64,000 nt of DNA from Desulfobacterales bacterium (GTDB lineage: Bacteria > Desulfobacterota > Desulfobacteria > Desulfobacterales > UBA2174): positions 512,001 through 576,000 of the forward strand of contig CAXXWC010000001.1 in NCBI GenBank assembly GCA_963668645.2, read 5' to 3'. Positions 9,734-20,379 of this stretch are shown here, in pieces (position 1 is the stretch's first letter; each line of letters starts with the position of its first letter). The position numbers and the translations under genes are program-made. The notes beneath the pieces are model-generated. The model worked only from the letters and a program-made list of their open reading frames with translations. It was not told where the DNA came from and made no database searches.

Positions 9734-11947
9734 ATGACACGAAAAACGACGGACGGCGGCGAGCCACTCTACATCCAGATGTTCAGCATTCACGGACTGG
9801 TGCGCTCCCGGCACATGGAGCTGGGCAGCGATGCGGATACCGGCGGCCAGATCAAATACGTCGTCGAGTTGGGCCAGGCCCTGAGCCGCCTGGAAGGGGT
9901 GGCCGGGGTCGATCTGTTTACCCGCCGCATTGATGATCCGGCGATTTCAAGCGACTATGCCGTCCCTGTCGAGCAGGTAAACGAGCGCTTCCGCATCGTG
10001 CGCATCCGTTGCGGCGGCGGCAAGTACATCCGCAAGGAACGGATCTGGCCGCACCTGGACGAATTCGTCGACAAGACCATCCGCTATATCCGCCGCCAGG
10101 GCCGCCTGCCCCACGTGGTGCACGGCCATTATGCCGACGCCGGCTACGTTGCGGCCCAGTTAAGCCGTTTTTTCGGCGTGCCCTTCGTGTTCACCGGCCA
10201 CAGCCTGGGCCGTGTGAAACAGGAAAAACTGCGCCGCGACGGAATGCGGCCCGAAGAGATGACGCGGCGCTATCGCATCGACCATCGCATCGCCACGGAA
10301 GAAGAAATCCTGCGCCAGGCCGATCTGGTGGTCACCAGCACCCACCAGGAGGTCGAAGACCAGTACGGTGGCTACGACCACGGAAAACGGCCGGATTTCA
10401 AGGTCATTCCGCCGGGGCTGGATGTGGATATCTTTTATCCTTACTACCACGACCTGCTGCCCGAAAGCGAACGTGACGAAGCGGCCCTCTACGCCCAGGC
10501 CTCGCTGCTCAAGGAGCTCAACCGTTTTTTCACCTACCCGGAAAAACCGCTGATCCTGGCCTTGTGCCGTCCGGACAAACGCAAGAACATCGCCGGCCTG
10601 ATTCAGGCCTACGGGGAGGATCCGGCTCTCCAGACCATGGCCAACCTGGCCGTCTTCGCCGGGATCCGCAAGGACATCAGTCAGATGGAGGACAACGAGC
10701 GTGGAGTGCTCACCGACATGCTGCTGATGATGGACAAGCACGATCTTTACGGCAAGATGGCGATTCCCAAGCGCCACGATTTCCAGAGTGAAGTGCCGGA
10801 GCTTTACCGCATCGCCGCGGCCCGGCGGGGCGTCTTCGTCAACGCGGCCCTCACCGAGCCCTTCGGCCTGACCCTGCTCGAGGCGTCGGCCGCCGGCTTG
10901 CCCATCGTGGCCACGCGCGACGGCGGGCCCCAGGACATTATGGCCAACTGCGAAAGCGGAATCCTGGTGGAACCGACCGACTCCAATGCCATCGCCGCGG
11001 CCATCCGTGCCATCATCGGCGACCAGACCGCCTGGGAGCGCTACTCGAAAAACGGGATCATGAACGTCCGCCGGCACTATACCTGGATCCGCCACGCGGA
11101 AAACTATCTCGAGGCCCTCAAACCCCTGATACGCGGCGAACGGCGCCCGGATCTGTCCCCGGCCAAAGCGACCGACGCCGTGGGCCGGCGCCTGACGCGC
11201 CTGGAGTACATCCTGGTGACGGATATCGACAACACGCTGATCGGAAAGGACAACAGCCGGCTGCCGGAGTTGGTAGAAACCCTCACCCGGCAGCACGAGC
11301 GGATCGGTTTCGCCGTGGCCACGGGCCGCCATCTCGATTCGGCGGTGGAAATCCTGGCGGCCCACCGGGTGCCGGCCCCAGACGTGATCATCGCTTCGGT
11401 GGGCAGCGAGATCTACTACGGCGCCGGGCACCAGTACAGCAACGGATGGCAAACCCATATCGCGGCACGCTGGCAGCGCGAACGTATCGTGGCGGCCCTG
11501 GCAGACTTCGATTTTTTACGCTACCAGGACGAAACGTCCCAGCACCCCTTCAAAATCAGCTACGACATGGACCCGTCCAAGAACCGGCTGCCGCTGATCC
11601 ACGAACGGCTCCAGGCCCAGAGGCTGCGCTACACCCTGATCTATTCCCACGAACAGTACCTCGACATCCTGCCCTACCGCGCCAGCAAGGGTAAGGCCAT
11701 CCGCTATCTGAGCTACAAGTGGGAGATCCCCCTGGCCCATTTTCTGGTCTGCGGCGACTCGGGCAACGACGAGGAAATGCTGCGCGGCGAGCCTCTGGCC
11801 GTCGTGGTGGGCGATCACAGCCCGGAACTCGACCGGCTGCGCGGGGCGAGGCGGATCTTTTTCGCCCCCAGCCCCTGTGCCGGCGGGATCATCGAGGGGA
11901 TACAAAAATACGATTTCATCGCCAAAGCCGGTCGCGAGGGAAAATGA
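9734..11947 (+). CDS. sps: Sucrose-phosphate synthase with C-terminal HAD (SPP-like) domain
   Basis: SIHGLVR...ELGSDADTGGQIKYV, HGHYADAG, TGHSLG, EPFGLTLLEA; HAD domain DIDNTL and GDSGND. Confidence 0.9.
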   Translation: MTRKTTDGGEPLYIQMFSIHGLVRSRHMELGSDADTGGQIKYVVELGQALSRLEGVAGVDLFTRRIDDPAISSDYAVPVEQVNERFRIVRIRCGGGKYIRKERIWPHLDEFVDKTIRYIRRQGRLPHVVHGHYADAGYVAAQLSRFFGVPFVFTGHSLGRVKQEKLRRDGMRPEEMTRRYRIDHRIATEEEILRQADLVVTSTHQEVEDQYGGYDHGKRPDFKVIPPGLDVDIFYPYYHDLLPESERDEAALYAQASLLKELNRFFTYPEKPLILALCRPDKRKNIAGLIQAYGEDPALQTMANLAVFAGIRKDISQMEDNERGVLTDMLLMMDKHDLYGKMAIPKRHDFQSEVPELYRIAAARRGVFVNAALTEPFGLTLLEASAAGLPIVATRDGGPQDIMANCESGILVEPTDSNAIAAAIRAIIGDQTAWERYSKNGIMNVRRHYTWIRHAENYLEALKPLIRGERRPDLSPAKATDAVGRRLTRLEYILVTDIDNTLIGKDNSRLPELVETLTRQHERIGFAVATGRHLDSAVEILAAHRVPAPDVIIASVGSEIYYGAGHQYSNGWQTHIAARWQRERIVAALADFDFLRYQDETSQHPFKISYDMDPSKNRLPLIHERLQAQRLRYTLIYSHEQYLDILPYRASKGKAIRYLSYKWEIPLAHFLVCGDSGNDEEMLRGEPLAVVVGDHSPELDRLRGARRIFFAPSPCAGGIIEGIQKYDFIAKAGREGK

Positions 11948-13392
11948 CGCTTCAAAACAAGGTCCAACTGATCACCTATCCCGACAGCCTCGGCGAAAAC
12001 CTCGTCGAGCTGCACTACATGCTGCGAAAATACCTTCAAGAGGCCATCGGCGGGGTCCATATCCTGCCATTCTATCCTTCCTCGGCCGACCGCGGTTTCG
12101 CCCCTCTGACTTACGACCAGGTCGATGCGCGTTTCGGCACCTGGCAGGACGTGGAGATGATCGGCGCCGACTTCGATCTGATCGTCGATTTCATGGTCAA
12201 TCACATCAGCCGCCAATCCGACTTTTTCCAGGATTACCTGGCCAACGGGGCCGCCAGCCCCTATGCGGACATGTTTCTTTCCTTTGACAAGCTGGCCCCC
12301 GAAGGCCAGATCAGTGAGGCGGACCTGGCCCGGGTCTATACCCGCAAACCCCGACCTCCTTACGACATCATCCACCGGGCGGATGGGTCCAGGGAAAAGA
12401 TCTGGACGACCTTCGATTATGAGCAGATCGACCTGGACTGGCAGTCGCCGGTTACCCGCCGCATCATGCGCCGTTTTCTGCTGCAACTAGCGCGCACCCG
12501 GGCCAAGCTGATCCGCATGGACGCCTTTGCCTACACCACCGTCCGCATCGGAACGGACTGCTTTTTTCTCGAACCGCAGATCTGGGAACTGCTCGAATGG
12601 CTGGCCGACCTGCTCTCGCCCTTCGGGGCACAGATGCTCCCCGAGGTGCACGAGCATTACCGCTATCAGATGAAACTGGCCCAGCGCGGCTACTGGGTAT
12701 ACGACTTCGCCCTGCCCATGCTCGTACTGCACACCCTCTACCACCACACCCACACCCGGCTCCTCGAATGGCTGCGCATATGCCCGCGCCGCCAGCTTAC
12801 CACCCTGGATACCCACGACGGGATCGGGGCGGTGGACGTGGCCGATCTGATGTCCTCCGAGGAAATCGAGCGCACTGTGAGCGGACTCTACGAAAAAGGA
12901 TCCAACGTCAAACAGATCTATTCCGGTCCGGCCTACCGGAACCTGGACGTTTATCAGGTCAACTGCACCTACTATTCGGCCCTGGAAGAAAACGACGATG
13001 CCTATCTCGCGGCGCGCACCCTCCAGTTTTTCGCCCCGGGAATTCCCCAGGTCTACTACGTCGGACTGCTGGCCGGGCCCAACGACGTCGAACTGGTCGA
13101 ACGGACCATGAACGGCCGCGATATCAACCGTCACAACTACAGCCTGGAAGAAATCGCCACCGAAATACAGCGTCCCGTGGTCCAGCGGCTGCTGCACCTT
13201 ATGCGTTTTCGCAGCCAGCATCCGGCCTTCGGCGGGGATTTCAAGATTCAGCAAACACCCGAGGACCAGGTTGGACTCACCTGGACCCGCGACGGGATGC
13301 ACGCTTCGGCCAGGATCGATCTGCAGACTTATGCGGCGCGCATCGACTACACGGATCCGCAAACCGGGCAGGATTGCTCATTTGAGGTTTAA
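11944..13392 (+). CDS. gtfA: Sucrose phosphorylase (GH13_18)
   Basis: NKVQLITYPDSLG, GGVHILPF, IRMDAF (nucleophile), LPEVH (acid/base), TLDTHDGIG, NLDVYQVNCTYY. Confidence 0.88.
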   Translation: MTLQNKVQLITYPDSLGENLVELHYMLRKYLQEAIGGVHILPFYPSSADRGFAPLTYDQVDARFGTWQDVEMIGADFDLIVDFMVNHISRQSDFFQDYLANGAASPYADMFLSFDKLAPEGQISEADLARVYTRKPRPPYDIIHRADGSREKIWTTFDYEQIDLDWQSPVTRRIMRRFLLQLARTRAKLIRMDAFAYTTVRIGTDCFFLEPQIWELLEWLADLLSPFGAQMLPEVHEHYRYQMKLAQRGYWVYDFALPMLVLHTLYHHTHTRLLEWLRICPRRQLTTLDTHDGIGAVDVADLMSSEEIERTVSGLYEKGSNVKQIYSGPAYRNLDVYQVNCTYYSALEENDDAYLAARTLQFFAPGIPQVYYVGLLAGPNDVELVERTMNGRDINRHNYSLEEIATEIQRPVVQRLLHLMRFRSQHPAFGGDFKIQQTPEDQVGLTWTRDGMHASARIDLQTYAARIDYTDPQTGQDCSFEV

Positions 13393-13601
13393 CCCACCGG
13401 ACAAGAAAGACCGCCCGGGAACGGCACCCCTTACCGGCTTTCCTTGACAGCCGAGCGGATATGTTTAGTTTCCAACAATTTAATTTTGCCGTACGGGGCA
13501 GAGTCTATTCTTCAGTGACGATCCGGTGCCCTGGCCGTGAACCGGCGGCATGCTGCCGCATCGTCCTCGGCCCAACGGCTCAACCCCAAAAGGAGTGTAT
13601 C

Positions 13602-14093
13602 ATGGAGCGTGTGGAAAACGGAGCCTATGTCAGCGTAGCCTATACCGGCACCATGCAAAACGGAGAAGTCTTTGACACCAGCAAGGATCGGAAACCGCTG
13701 GAAGTCCATATGGGGGCAGGAAGCATGATTCCGGGTTTCGAGGCTGCGTTGTTGGGTATGGCGCTCAACGAGAAGAAAACCTTTACCCTCGAGGCCGAGA
13801 AAGCTTACGGCCTGCGCGACGAAAAGCTCATGCGGGAAGTTCCCCGCAGCGCGGTTCCGGACGAACTGGTTCCTGAAATCGGCCAGCTTGTGGCCCTCCA
13901 GACACCGCAGGGGCAGCAAATCCCTGCCAAAATCACCAAAATCGACGAACAAAACATCATGCTGGATTTGAATCATCCCCTGGCCGGGGAGGCCCTGACC
14001 TTCGAAGTTGAAGTCGTGGGCATCAGCCCGAATCCGACCCAGGTTCAAGAGGGATGTGGCTGCGGCTGTGACTGCTCTTCCGGCTGCTGCTGA
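13602..14093 (+). CDS. slyD: FKBP-type peptidyl-prolyl isomerase SlyD with Cys-rich tail
   Basis: IPGFEAALLGM, insert-in-flap domain, DLNHPLAG, tail GCGCGCDCSSGCC; AAGGAG SD. Confidence 0.9.
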   Translation: MERVENGAYVSVAYTGTMQNGEVFDTSKDRKPLEVHMGAGSMIPGFEAALLGMALNEKKTFTLEAEKAYGLRDEKLMREVPRSAVPDELVPEIGQLVALQTPQGQQIPAKITKIDEQNIMLDLNHPLAGEALTFEVEVVGISPNPTQVQEGCGCGCDCSSGCC

Positions 14094-14256
14094 CCCCCCG
14101 CCGTTGCAACACTTCCGGTCCCGAATCGTTAAAGCCTACAGCCCGATCGGGACCGGAATGCCTGCCTGACGTCCCAGCCCGCAACCGGCAATATCGCGGG
14201 GCCCCAAAAACCGAACCCCGGCCCAATAACCAGGCCCGAACGGCCCTTGCCGGCGG

Positions 14257-15009
14257 TCAGACGTTAGCAGGGCTGTCTTCCAGCCGCACCAGGGTGCGCC
14301 CATCGCCCGTAAAAGGGAGCGAATAGGTGTGCACCGACACCCGCATGAGCCGTCCACCGACGATCCGAAACTCAGCAGAGTGGCCGGGGGCGGGGGCCAA
14401 GGCGGTGATCTCCGTATCTGCCTGGGGCCCCTTGTAGGCCAGAATACGCCCGCCATCACAGAGCAGGACCGCGGCGGTCGGAACCCATCTGCTAAGGGCT
14501 GCCACGCCACGGCATACCACTGCATCGAAGAGCGGCGGCGCAGCCTTGCGGGCCAGAACCTCGAGCCGGACGTGATGGGCCTCGATCCGGTCCAGCCCGA
14601 GGACCCGGATCACGTGGGAAACGAAGGAAATCTTTTTGCGCACCCCGTCTATGAGGGTCAGGTGCAGATCCGGGCGCAGGATTTTCAGCGGAATACCGGG
14701 AAATCCGGCCCCGGTGCCGAGATCCAGGATCCTGGCCCCGGCCGCAAACTGATCGGCCGCGGCCAGGCTGTCGACGAAATGCTTGAGAGCCACCTGCCTC
14801 GGATCGGTGATGGCCGTCAGGTTGACACGCCGGTTCCAGTCAAACAGTTCGACGGCCATGCGGCCCATGCGGGCGGCCTGGGCCGGATCCACAGCCACTC
14901 CAAGCCGGGCGGCGGCCGTGATGACAAGTTCCTGCCATTGGAGGTCGCCGGCGTTCAAGGCATCGCCTTGGGGACCCGAACGGCAATTTTCATCGACAGG
15001 CGCAGGCAT
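14257..15009 (-). CDS. rsmG: 16S rRNA m7G527 methyltransferase RsmG
   Basis: WNRRVNLTAI, HFVDSL, LDLGTGAGFPGIPL. Confidence 0.93.
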   Translation of the reverse strand: MPAPVDENCRSGPQGDALNAGDLQWQELVITAAARLGVAVDPAQAARMGRMAVELFDWNRRVNLTAITDPRQVALKHFVDSLAAADQFAAGARILDLGTGAGFPGIPLKILRPDLHLTLIDGVRKKISFVSHVIRVLGLDRIEAHHVRLEVLARKAAPPLFDAVVCRGVAALSRWVPTAAVLLCDGGRILAYKGPQADTEITALAPAPGHSAEFRIVGGRLMRVSVHTYSLPFTGDGRTLVRLEDSPANV

Positions 15010-16900
15010 CGGCCGAATCCGTTCCGCCGGTAACCGGCCCTTCGCTCACCGCATCGTCGAAATCCATGACGATGGTAATGTCGCTGCCGCCGCCGGTCAG
15101 GGTGCGCGCATGGGGGTAGCGGCGTTTGAAGACCTTGAGCATGGCGCCGTTCTCGCGCAAGACGGTGGCCGAAAAATGGCGATAGCCGTTTTCCTTGGCG
15201 ATCTTTTCCAGAGCCGCGAGCATATAGGAGGCCACGCCCATTCCCTGAAAATCCTCCCGCACCACGAAGGCCACCTCGGCCTTATCCTCTTCTTCCATGG
15301 CATAGGAGCCGATGGCCATGATTTCCTTGTGGCCGCGGTTTTGCACCCGCCCGATGACGGACATGTTCTTCTTGTAGTCCACGCTGGCCCATTGCTTTTG
15401 AGCCATCTCGTGGGGGAACACCTTCATCTTGTAAAAGAAGCGAAAATAGATGGTTTCTTCCTTGAGGCTGTAAAAGAAATTGCGATAGTTGAATTCGTCC
15501 GAGGGCAGCAGGGGGCGGAACTCGATGGTCTTGCCGTTTTGCAGTCTGACGTTGCTCTTGTAGTTTTCCAGAAAAATCAAGTCCTGGCGGGTGGGTGGAA
15601 GCTGATCGGCAAAGATGTAATGGTGCTTTTTGGCCACCTCGATCAACTCGTCGCGAAACCTTGGATGGGCGATCTGGGCCAGCTCCATGACCCGCTGGTA
15701 GATGCCTTTGCCGGCCAATTCGGCGATCCCGTATTCGGTGATCACGAAGTTGACGTCGCCGCGGGTAGTGGCCACGCCGGCCCCTTCGCTGAGGCTGGGC
15801 ACGATGCGCGACACCTTGCCCCCCTGGGCGGTGGACGGCAAAGCGATGATGGCAAAGCCTCCCTTGGACATGGCGCTGCCGCGCAGAAAATCGACCTGGT
15901 CGCCGATCCCGCTGTAGAACAGGTGCCCCACCGAGTCGCTGCAGACCTGACCGGTCAGATCCACCTCAAGGGCCGAGCTGATGGAAACCAAATTGTCGTT
16001 GCGGGCGATCACCGTCGGATCGTTGACGAACTCGGAGGAGCGAAAATAAAAGGATGGATTGTTGTCCACGTATCGGTAAAGCCGCTCGGATCCCATGCAC
16101 AGGGAGGCCACGACCCTCCCGGGCAGCAGGCTTTTTTTCTTGTTGGTGATCACTCCCTTTTCGAAAAGGGGCAAAAAGGCATCGGTGATCAGCTGGGTGT
16201 GGATCCCCAGGTCCTGCTTGTTGTCCAGATACTGGAGGATGGTGTAGGGCAGGTGCCCGAAGCCGATTTGCATAGTGGCGCCGTCGTCGATGAGCTGGTT
16301 GACGAAAAAACCGATACGCACGGCCACCTCGTTGTCTTTAACCTCCGGGAGGATTTCCACCAGCGGCTCTTCATGCTCGACGAAAAGATCGATGTCGTTG
16401 ACGTGAACGAAGCTGTCGCCCCAGGTGCGAGGCATGCGAGGGTTGACCTGGGCGATGACCCGCTTGGCGTTCTCCATGCCGGCGCGGGTGATGTCCACTG
16501 AAACCCCGAGGCTGCAATAGCCGAAGCGGTCCGGCGGGCTGACCTGGATCAGGGCCACATCCAGTCCGATGCGCCGCGATGCGAAAAGCTTCGGGATCTG
16601 CGATAGATAGCTGGGGATGTAATCGATCTTGCCCTCGAAAGCCGCCTTGCGCATCCGCGAACTGATGAAAAACAGCTTCAGGGCGAAGCGGCGCAGAAAA
16701 TCCGGATCGTCCACGTAGCGGGCAAAGGTCCACGAAAGCATCTGGAAGACCATGATATCCTGCAGGCTGCGGGTCTGCACCATGGTATGGATCAGGTGCT
16801 GGGGTTCGCCGCAGCCGGTACCGATAAATACCCGGCTGCCGTTCTTGATGGTGCTCACCGCCTCTTCGGCGCTGACTACCTTTTCAGGACAATGCTCCAT
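14990..16900 (-). CDS. Acetyl-CoA hydrolase/transferase-like domain fused to a C-terminal GNAT acetyltransferase
   Basis: GCGEP, VSPPDRFGYCSLGVSVD, VDLTGQVCSDS, VITEYGIAEL, IAHPRFR; GNAT AEVAFVVREDFQGMGVAS. Confidence 0.88.
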   Translation of the reverse strand: MEHCPEKVVSAEEAVSTIKNGSRVFIGTGCGEPQHLIHTMVQTRSLQDIMVFQMLSWTFARYVDDPDFLRRFALKLFFISSRMRKAAFEGKIDYIPSYLSQIPKLFASRRIGLDVALIQVSPPDRFGYCSLGVSVDITRAGMENAKRVIAQVNPRMPRTWGDSFVHVNDIDLFVEHEEPLVEILPEVKDNEVAVRIGFFVNQLIDDGATMQIGFGHLPYTILQYLDNKQDLGIHTQLITDAFLPLFEKGVITNKKKSLLPGRVVASLCMGSERLYRYVDNNPSFYFRSSEFVNDPTVIARNDNLVSISSALEVDLTGQVCSDSVGHLFYSGIGDQVDFLRGSAMSKGGFAIIALPSTAQGGKVSRIVPSLSEGAGVATTRGDVNFVITEYGIAELAGKGIYQRVMELAQIAHPRFRDELIEVAKKHHYIFADQLPPTRQDLIFLENYKSNVRLQNGKTIEFRPLLPSDEFNYRNFFYSLKEETIYFRFFYKMKVFPHEMAQKQWASVDYKKNMSVIGRVQNRGHKEIMAIGSYAMEEEDKAEVAFVVREDFQGMGVASYMLAALEKIAKENGYRHFSATVLRENGAMLKVFKRRYPHARTLTGGGSDITIVMDFDDAVSEGPVTGGTDSADACACR

Positions 16901-17202
16901 CAGGTCCACGCGTTTCCTCCTTGCCCTTGCGGGCTGTATAAGCTGTCGTAAATGGTGCGATCTACTTTGCCCTGAAGGACGCACGACGTCAAGACGAAGC
17001 CGTGGCAGCCAGCAATTCTGTATGCACCCGAGCGATGGACATCAAATTTTCCTAAGCTTTTCGAACATTATTTAAATCCCCTGTGCTGCCGCACGAAAAC
17101 AACTTACAGCATAAATCTGCTTCATTATAAATAGTTACAATCCGATCCGATCAAAACGGAATCCGTCCCATCGGAGGGTGACCTCCGGCCTAAAAAATCT
17201 TC

Positions 17203-17230
17203 TTGACAAATATGTCGAAGAGAGTATTTT
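17203..17230 (+). promoter_or_regulatory. Putative sigma70 promoter of fusA
   Basis: TTGACA-16 nt-TATTTT in an AT-rich intergenic region. Confidence 0.5.
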
Positions 17231-17504
17231 TACGAGATTCGTTTAGGTCAGTCGGCCGCCATGCTGCTGGTTCGATCCGCCCCGATCCCTTCAATTTCTA
17301 TGGGATCTTCTTTTATCTGCACGCGATCCACCCTGAAAGCCGGCCTTAAATTTAACGCAAACCAAACACCGGTCAGACAATCCAGTCTTAATCAGGAACA
17401 AGACGGACCTCCGGCGGGCGTTTGGCCGTTCATCCGGAGAGCAAGGCCGCCGGCCCCGCCTTCAGGGGGCAGGCCGGAAACACCATTCAACAAGGAAAGC
17501 CGTA

Positions 17505-19592
17505 ATGAAGTCCGACATTCAAAAGGTTCGCAACATCGGCATCAGTGCCCATATCGACTCGGGCAAGACCACTTTGACGGAACGGATACTGTTCTACACG
17601 CAGCGGATCCATGCCATTCACGACGTCAAAGGAAAAGATGGGGTCGGCGCCACCATGGATTCCATGGAGTTGGAAAAGGAACGCGGCATCACCATCGCCT
17701 CGGCCGCCACTTACTGCCAATGGAAGGGCCACCAGATCAACATCATCGACACCCCGGGACACGTCGATTTTACCATTGAGGTGGAACGGTCCCTGCGGGT
17801 TCTGGACGGCGCCGTTCTCGTGCTGTGCAGCGTCGGAGGGGTCCAATCCCAGTCGATCACCGTTGACCAGCAGATGAAGCGCTACCGGATTCCGTGCATC
17901 GCTTTTGTCAACAAATGCGACCGTAGCGGCGCCAATCCCCGGAGGGTGCTCACCCAATTGCGTGAAAAACTCGGACACAAGGCCCTGGCCATGCAGTTGC
18001 CCATCGGCCTGGAGGCGGACTTCGAGGGGGTGGTCGACCTTCTTTCCATGGAAGCCCTCTACTTTGACGGCCCCAACGGCGAACAGGTGCGCCGCGAACC
18101 GATCCCCCAGGCATTGCAGGACGAGGCCCAGGCCCAACACGAGGCCATCATCGACGCCGCATCCCTCTTCAGCGACGAGTTGACCGAAGCGATCCTCGAA
18201 GGGGGCGAGGTCAGCCACGAGCTGATCGTCCAGGGACTGCGCCAGGGGGTCCTGGCCCGGGAAATCACCCCCGTTTTTCTAGGCTCGGCCTACAAGAACA
18301 AGGGGGTGCAGCCCCTTCTGGATGCGGTCACAAGCCTGCTGCCCTGCCCGGCCGACGTGCCCAATGAGGCTTTGGATCTCGATCATGACGAAGCCCCGGT
18401 GCGCCTCACCAGCCGGGATGAAGAGCCCACCGTAGCCTTGGCCTTCAAGCTCGAAGACGGCCCCTACGGCCAGCTCACCTATATCCGGGTCTACCAGGGA
18501 AGCCTGGCCAAGGGCGACACGGTGGTCAATGTGCGCACCGGCAAAAAGATCAAGATCGGCCGCCTGGTGCGCATGCATGCCAACCAGATGGAAGACATCG
18601 ACCGGATTGCGGCCGGCTTTATCGGTGCACTTTTCGGCGTCGACTGCGCCTCTGGCGACACCTTTACCAGCCCTGAACTGCGCCTGACCATGACCTCGAT
18701 GTTCGTGCCCGATCCGGTGATCTCGCTGTCCATCGTGCCCAAGGACAACAAGGCCCAGATCAACATGTCCAAGGCGTTGAACCGGTTTACCAAGGAAGAT
18801 CCCACCTTCCGCAGCTTCGTGAACGATGAGACCGGCGAGACGATCATAGAAGGCATGGGGGAACTGCACCTTGAGGTCTATGTCGAGCGCATGCGCCGCG
18901 AGTACAAGGCCGAGGTGATCACCGGCCAGCCCCAGGTGGCCTACCGTGAAACCATCACCCAGACAGCCGAGTTCAACTATACCCACAAGAAGCAGACCGG
19001 CGGCGCAGGCCAGTTCGGCCGGGTGGCCGGCTTTATCGAGCCGACCAGCGAGGCGGATTTCCTCTTCGACAACAAGGTCACCGGGGGAGCGATTCCGACC
19101 CAGTATATTCCGGCATGTGAAAAGGGATTCCGCAACTGCATGGCCAAAGGACCGCTGATGGAGCTGCCCGTCACCGGCATCAAGGTGACCATCAACGACG
19201 GGGCCTCCCATTCGGTGGACTCTTCCGACATGGCTTTCCAGGCCGCAGCCCGGGGCGCCTTCCGGGAAGGGTATCACAGGGCCAAACCGGTGATCATGGA
19301 GCCGATCATGAAAGTGGCCGTGGAAACCCCCAGCGAATACCAGGGATCTGTGATGGGACTGCTCAACCAACGCCGCGGCATGATCATCGGTGCCCAGGAC
19401 GAGGGCCCGATGTGCGTGGTGGAAGCCCAGGTGCCCCTGGCCGAGATGTTCGGCTTTTCCACCGTACTGCGCTCGGCCACCCAGGGAAAGGCCCAGTTCA
19501 CCATGGAATTCGCCGCCTATCGCCAGGTGCCCCAGCCCATCGCCGAGGAATTGATCAAAAAGGCGGGGGAAAAAAAGAAAAAAGTTGCCTGA
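17505..19592 (+). CDS. fusA: Elongation factor G, stand-alone copy
   Basis: [42 protein letters not shown]; 695 aa. Confidence 0.97.
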   Translation: MKSDIQKVRNIGISAHIDSGKTTLTERILFYTQRIHAIHDVKGKDGVGATMDSMELEKERGITIASAATYCQWKGHQINIIDTPGHVDFTIEVERSLRVLDGAVLVLCSVGGVQSQSITVDQQMKRYRIPCIAFVNKCDRSGANPRRVLTQLREKLGHKALAMQLPIGLEADFEGVVDLLSMEALYFDGPNGEQVRREPIPQALQDEAQAQHEAIIDAASLFSDELTEAILEGGEVSHELIVQGLRQGVLAREITPVFLGSAYKNKGVQPLLDAVTSLLPCPADVPNEALDLDHDEAPVRLTSRDEEPTVALAFKLEDGPYGQLTYIRVYQGSLAKGDTVVNVRTGKKIKIGRLVRMHANQMEDIDRIAAGFIGALFGVDCASGDTFTSPELRLTMTSMFVPDPVISLSIVPKDNKAQINMSKALNRFTKEDPTFRSFVNDETGETIIEGMGELHLEVYVERMRREYKAEVITGQPQVAYRETITQTAEFNYTHKKQTGGAGQFGRVAGFIEPTSEADFLFDNKVTGGAIPTQYIPACEKGFRNCMAKGPLMELPVTGIKVTINDGASHSVDSSDMAFQAAARGAFREGYHRAKPVIMEPIMKVAVETPSEYQGSVMGLLNQRRGMIIGAQDEGPMCVVEAQVPLAEMFGFSTVLRSATQGKAQFTMEFAAYRQVPQPIAEELIKKAGEKKKKVA

Positions 19593-19647
19593 CCGCGAAT
19601 TACGCACGACAAACAGATAGACACGAGTCATGTAAAGGAGCCGCTAG

Positions 19648-20355
19648 ATGCTCAAAAACGATCTGACACTGCGCAACCCGATGCGCCTCTTGGGCCCCTC
19701 CGGGGACGCCCTGCTGCCTTCAGGAGGCTTGGGCGCCGTACTGGCCCGCGCCGGGGTCGGCAAGACCGCCTTTCTGGTCCAACTGGCCCTGGACAACCTT
19801 TTGCAGGGCCGCAAGGTGCTTCACATCAGCCTCAACGACCCGGTGCAAAAAGTGGCCCTTTGGTACCGGGAGGTGCTCGCCACCACCGGTGCCGGCAAAC
19901 CCTCTGCGGGCGCCATTCCGGTTTGGGAGACCCTCCAGCCCCATCTTTTCATCATGACCTTTCGCGTGGAAGGCTTCAGTGTTCCCAAGCTCGAGGAACG
20001 GGTGACCGATTTGACCGCCCAGGGGATCTTTGCCCCGCAGATGGTCCTGGTCGACGGCCTGCCCTTCGAGGACGCTGCCGGCGCGGCAGCGCTGCGCGAG
20101 TTCAAGGACCTGGCCGAAAGCCTGGAGGTGCCTGCCTGGTTTGCCGTGCGCACCCATCGCCACGAGGCCCCGGGCGCCAGTGGACTGCCCCTTCAGGTCG
20201 AGCCGGTCGCGGATCTTTTCCAGGTGCTGCTGCAGCTCAAACCGGAAGGCGCCAGCATCCGGGTCGAAGCCCTCAAAGGCGGTCCCAAGGGCGCGGGCCA
20301 ACTGCCGATAGTGCTCGATCCGACCACCATGCTGGTCCGCGATCCAAAGGCCTGA
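19648..20355 (+). CDS. RecA/KaiC-like P-loop NTPase, uncharacterised
   Basis: Walker A ARAGVGKT, Walker B MVLVDG. Confidence 0.75.
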   Translation: MLKNDLTLRNPMRLLGPSGDALLPSGGLGAVLARAGVGKTAFLVQLALDNLLQGRKVLHISLNDPVQKVALWYREVLATTGAGKPSAGAIPVWETLQPHLFIMTFRVEGFSVPKLEERVTDLTAQGIFAPQMVLVDGLPFEDAAGAAALREFKDLAESLEVPAWFAVRTHRHEAPGASGLPLQVEPVADLFQVLLQLKPEGASIRVEALKGGPKGAGQLPIVLDPTTMLVRDPKA

Positions 20356-20379
20356 CGCGGCAAAGGAGTTCTTGGCCCG

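Noticed and set aside
14783..16501. 572-aa plus-strand ORF, and similar long antisense ORFs such as 18279-19631, 31125-32588, 35157-36605, 37092-38474 and 47975-49330
   Set aside because: Antisense shadows of well-supported genes, expected at high GC; no motifs
17268..17280. GGTTCGATCC tRNA T-loop-like motif in the fusA leader
   Set aside because: No 5-bp T-stem, acceptor stem or cloverleaf around it
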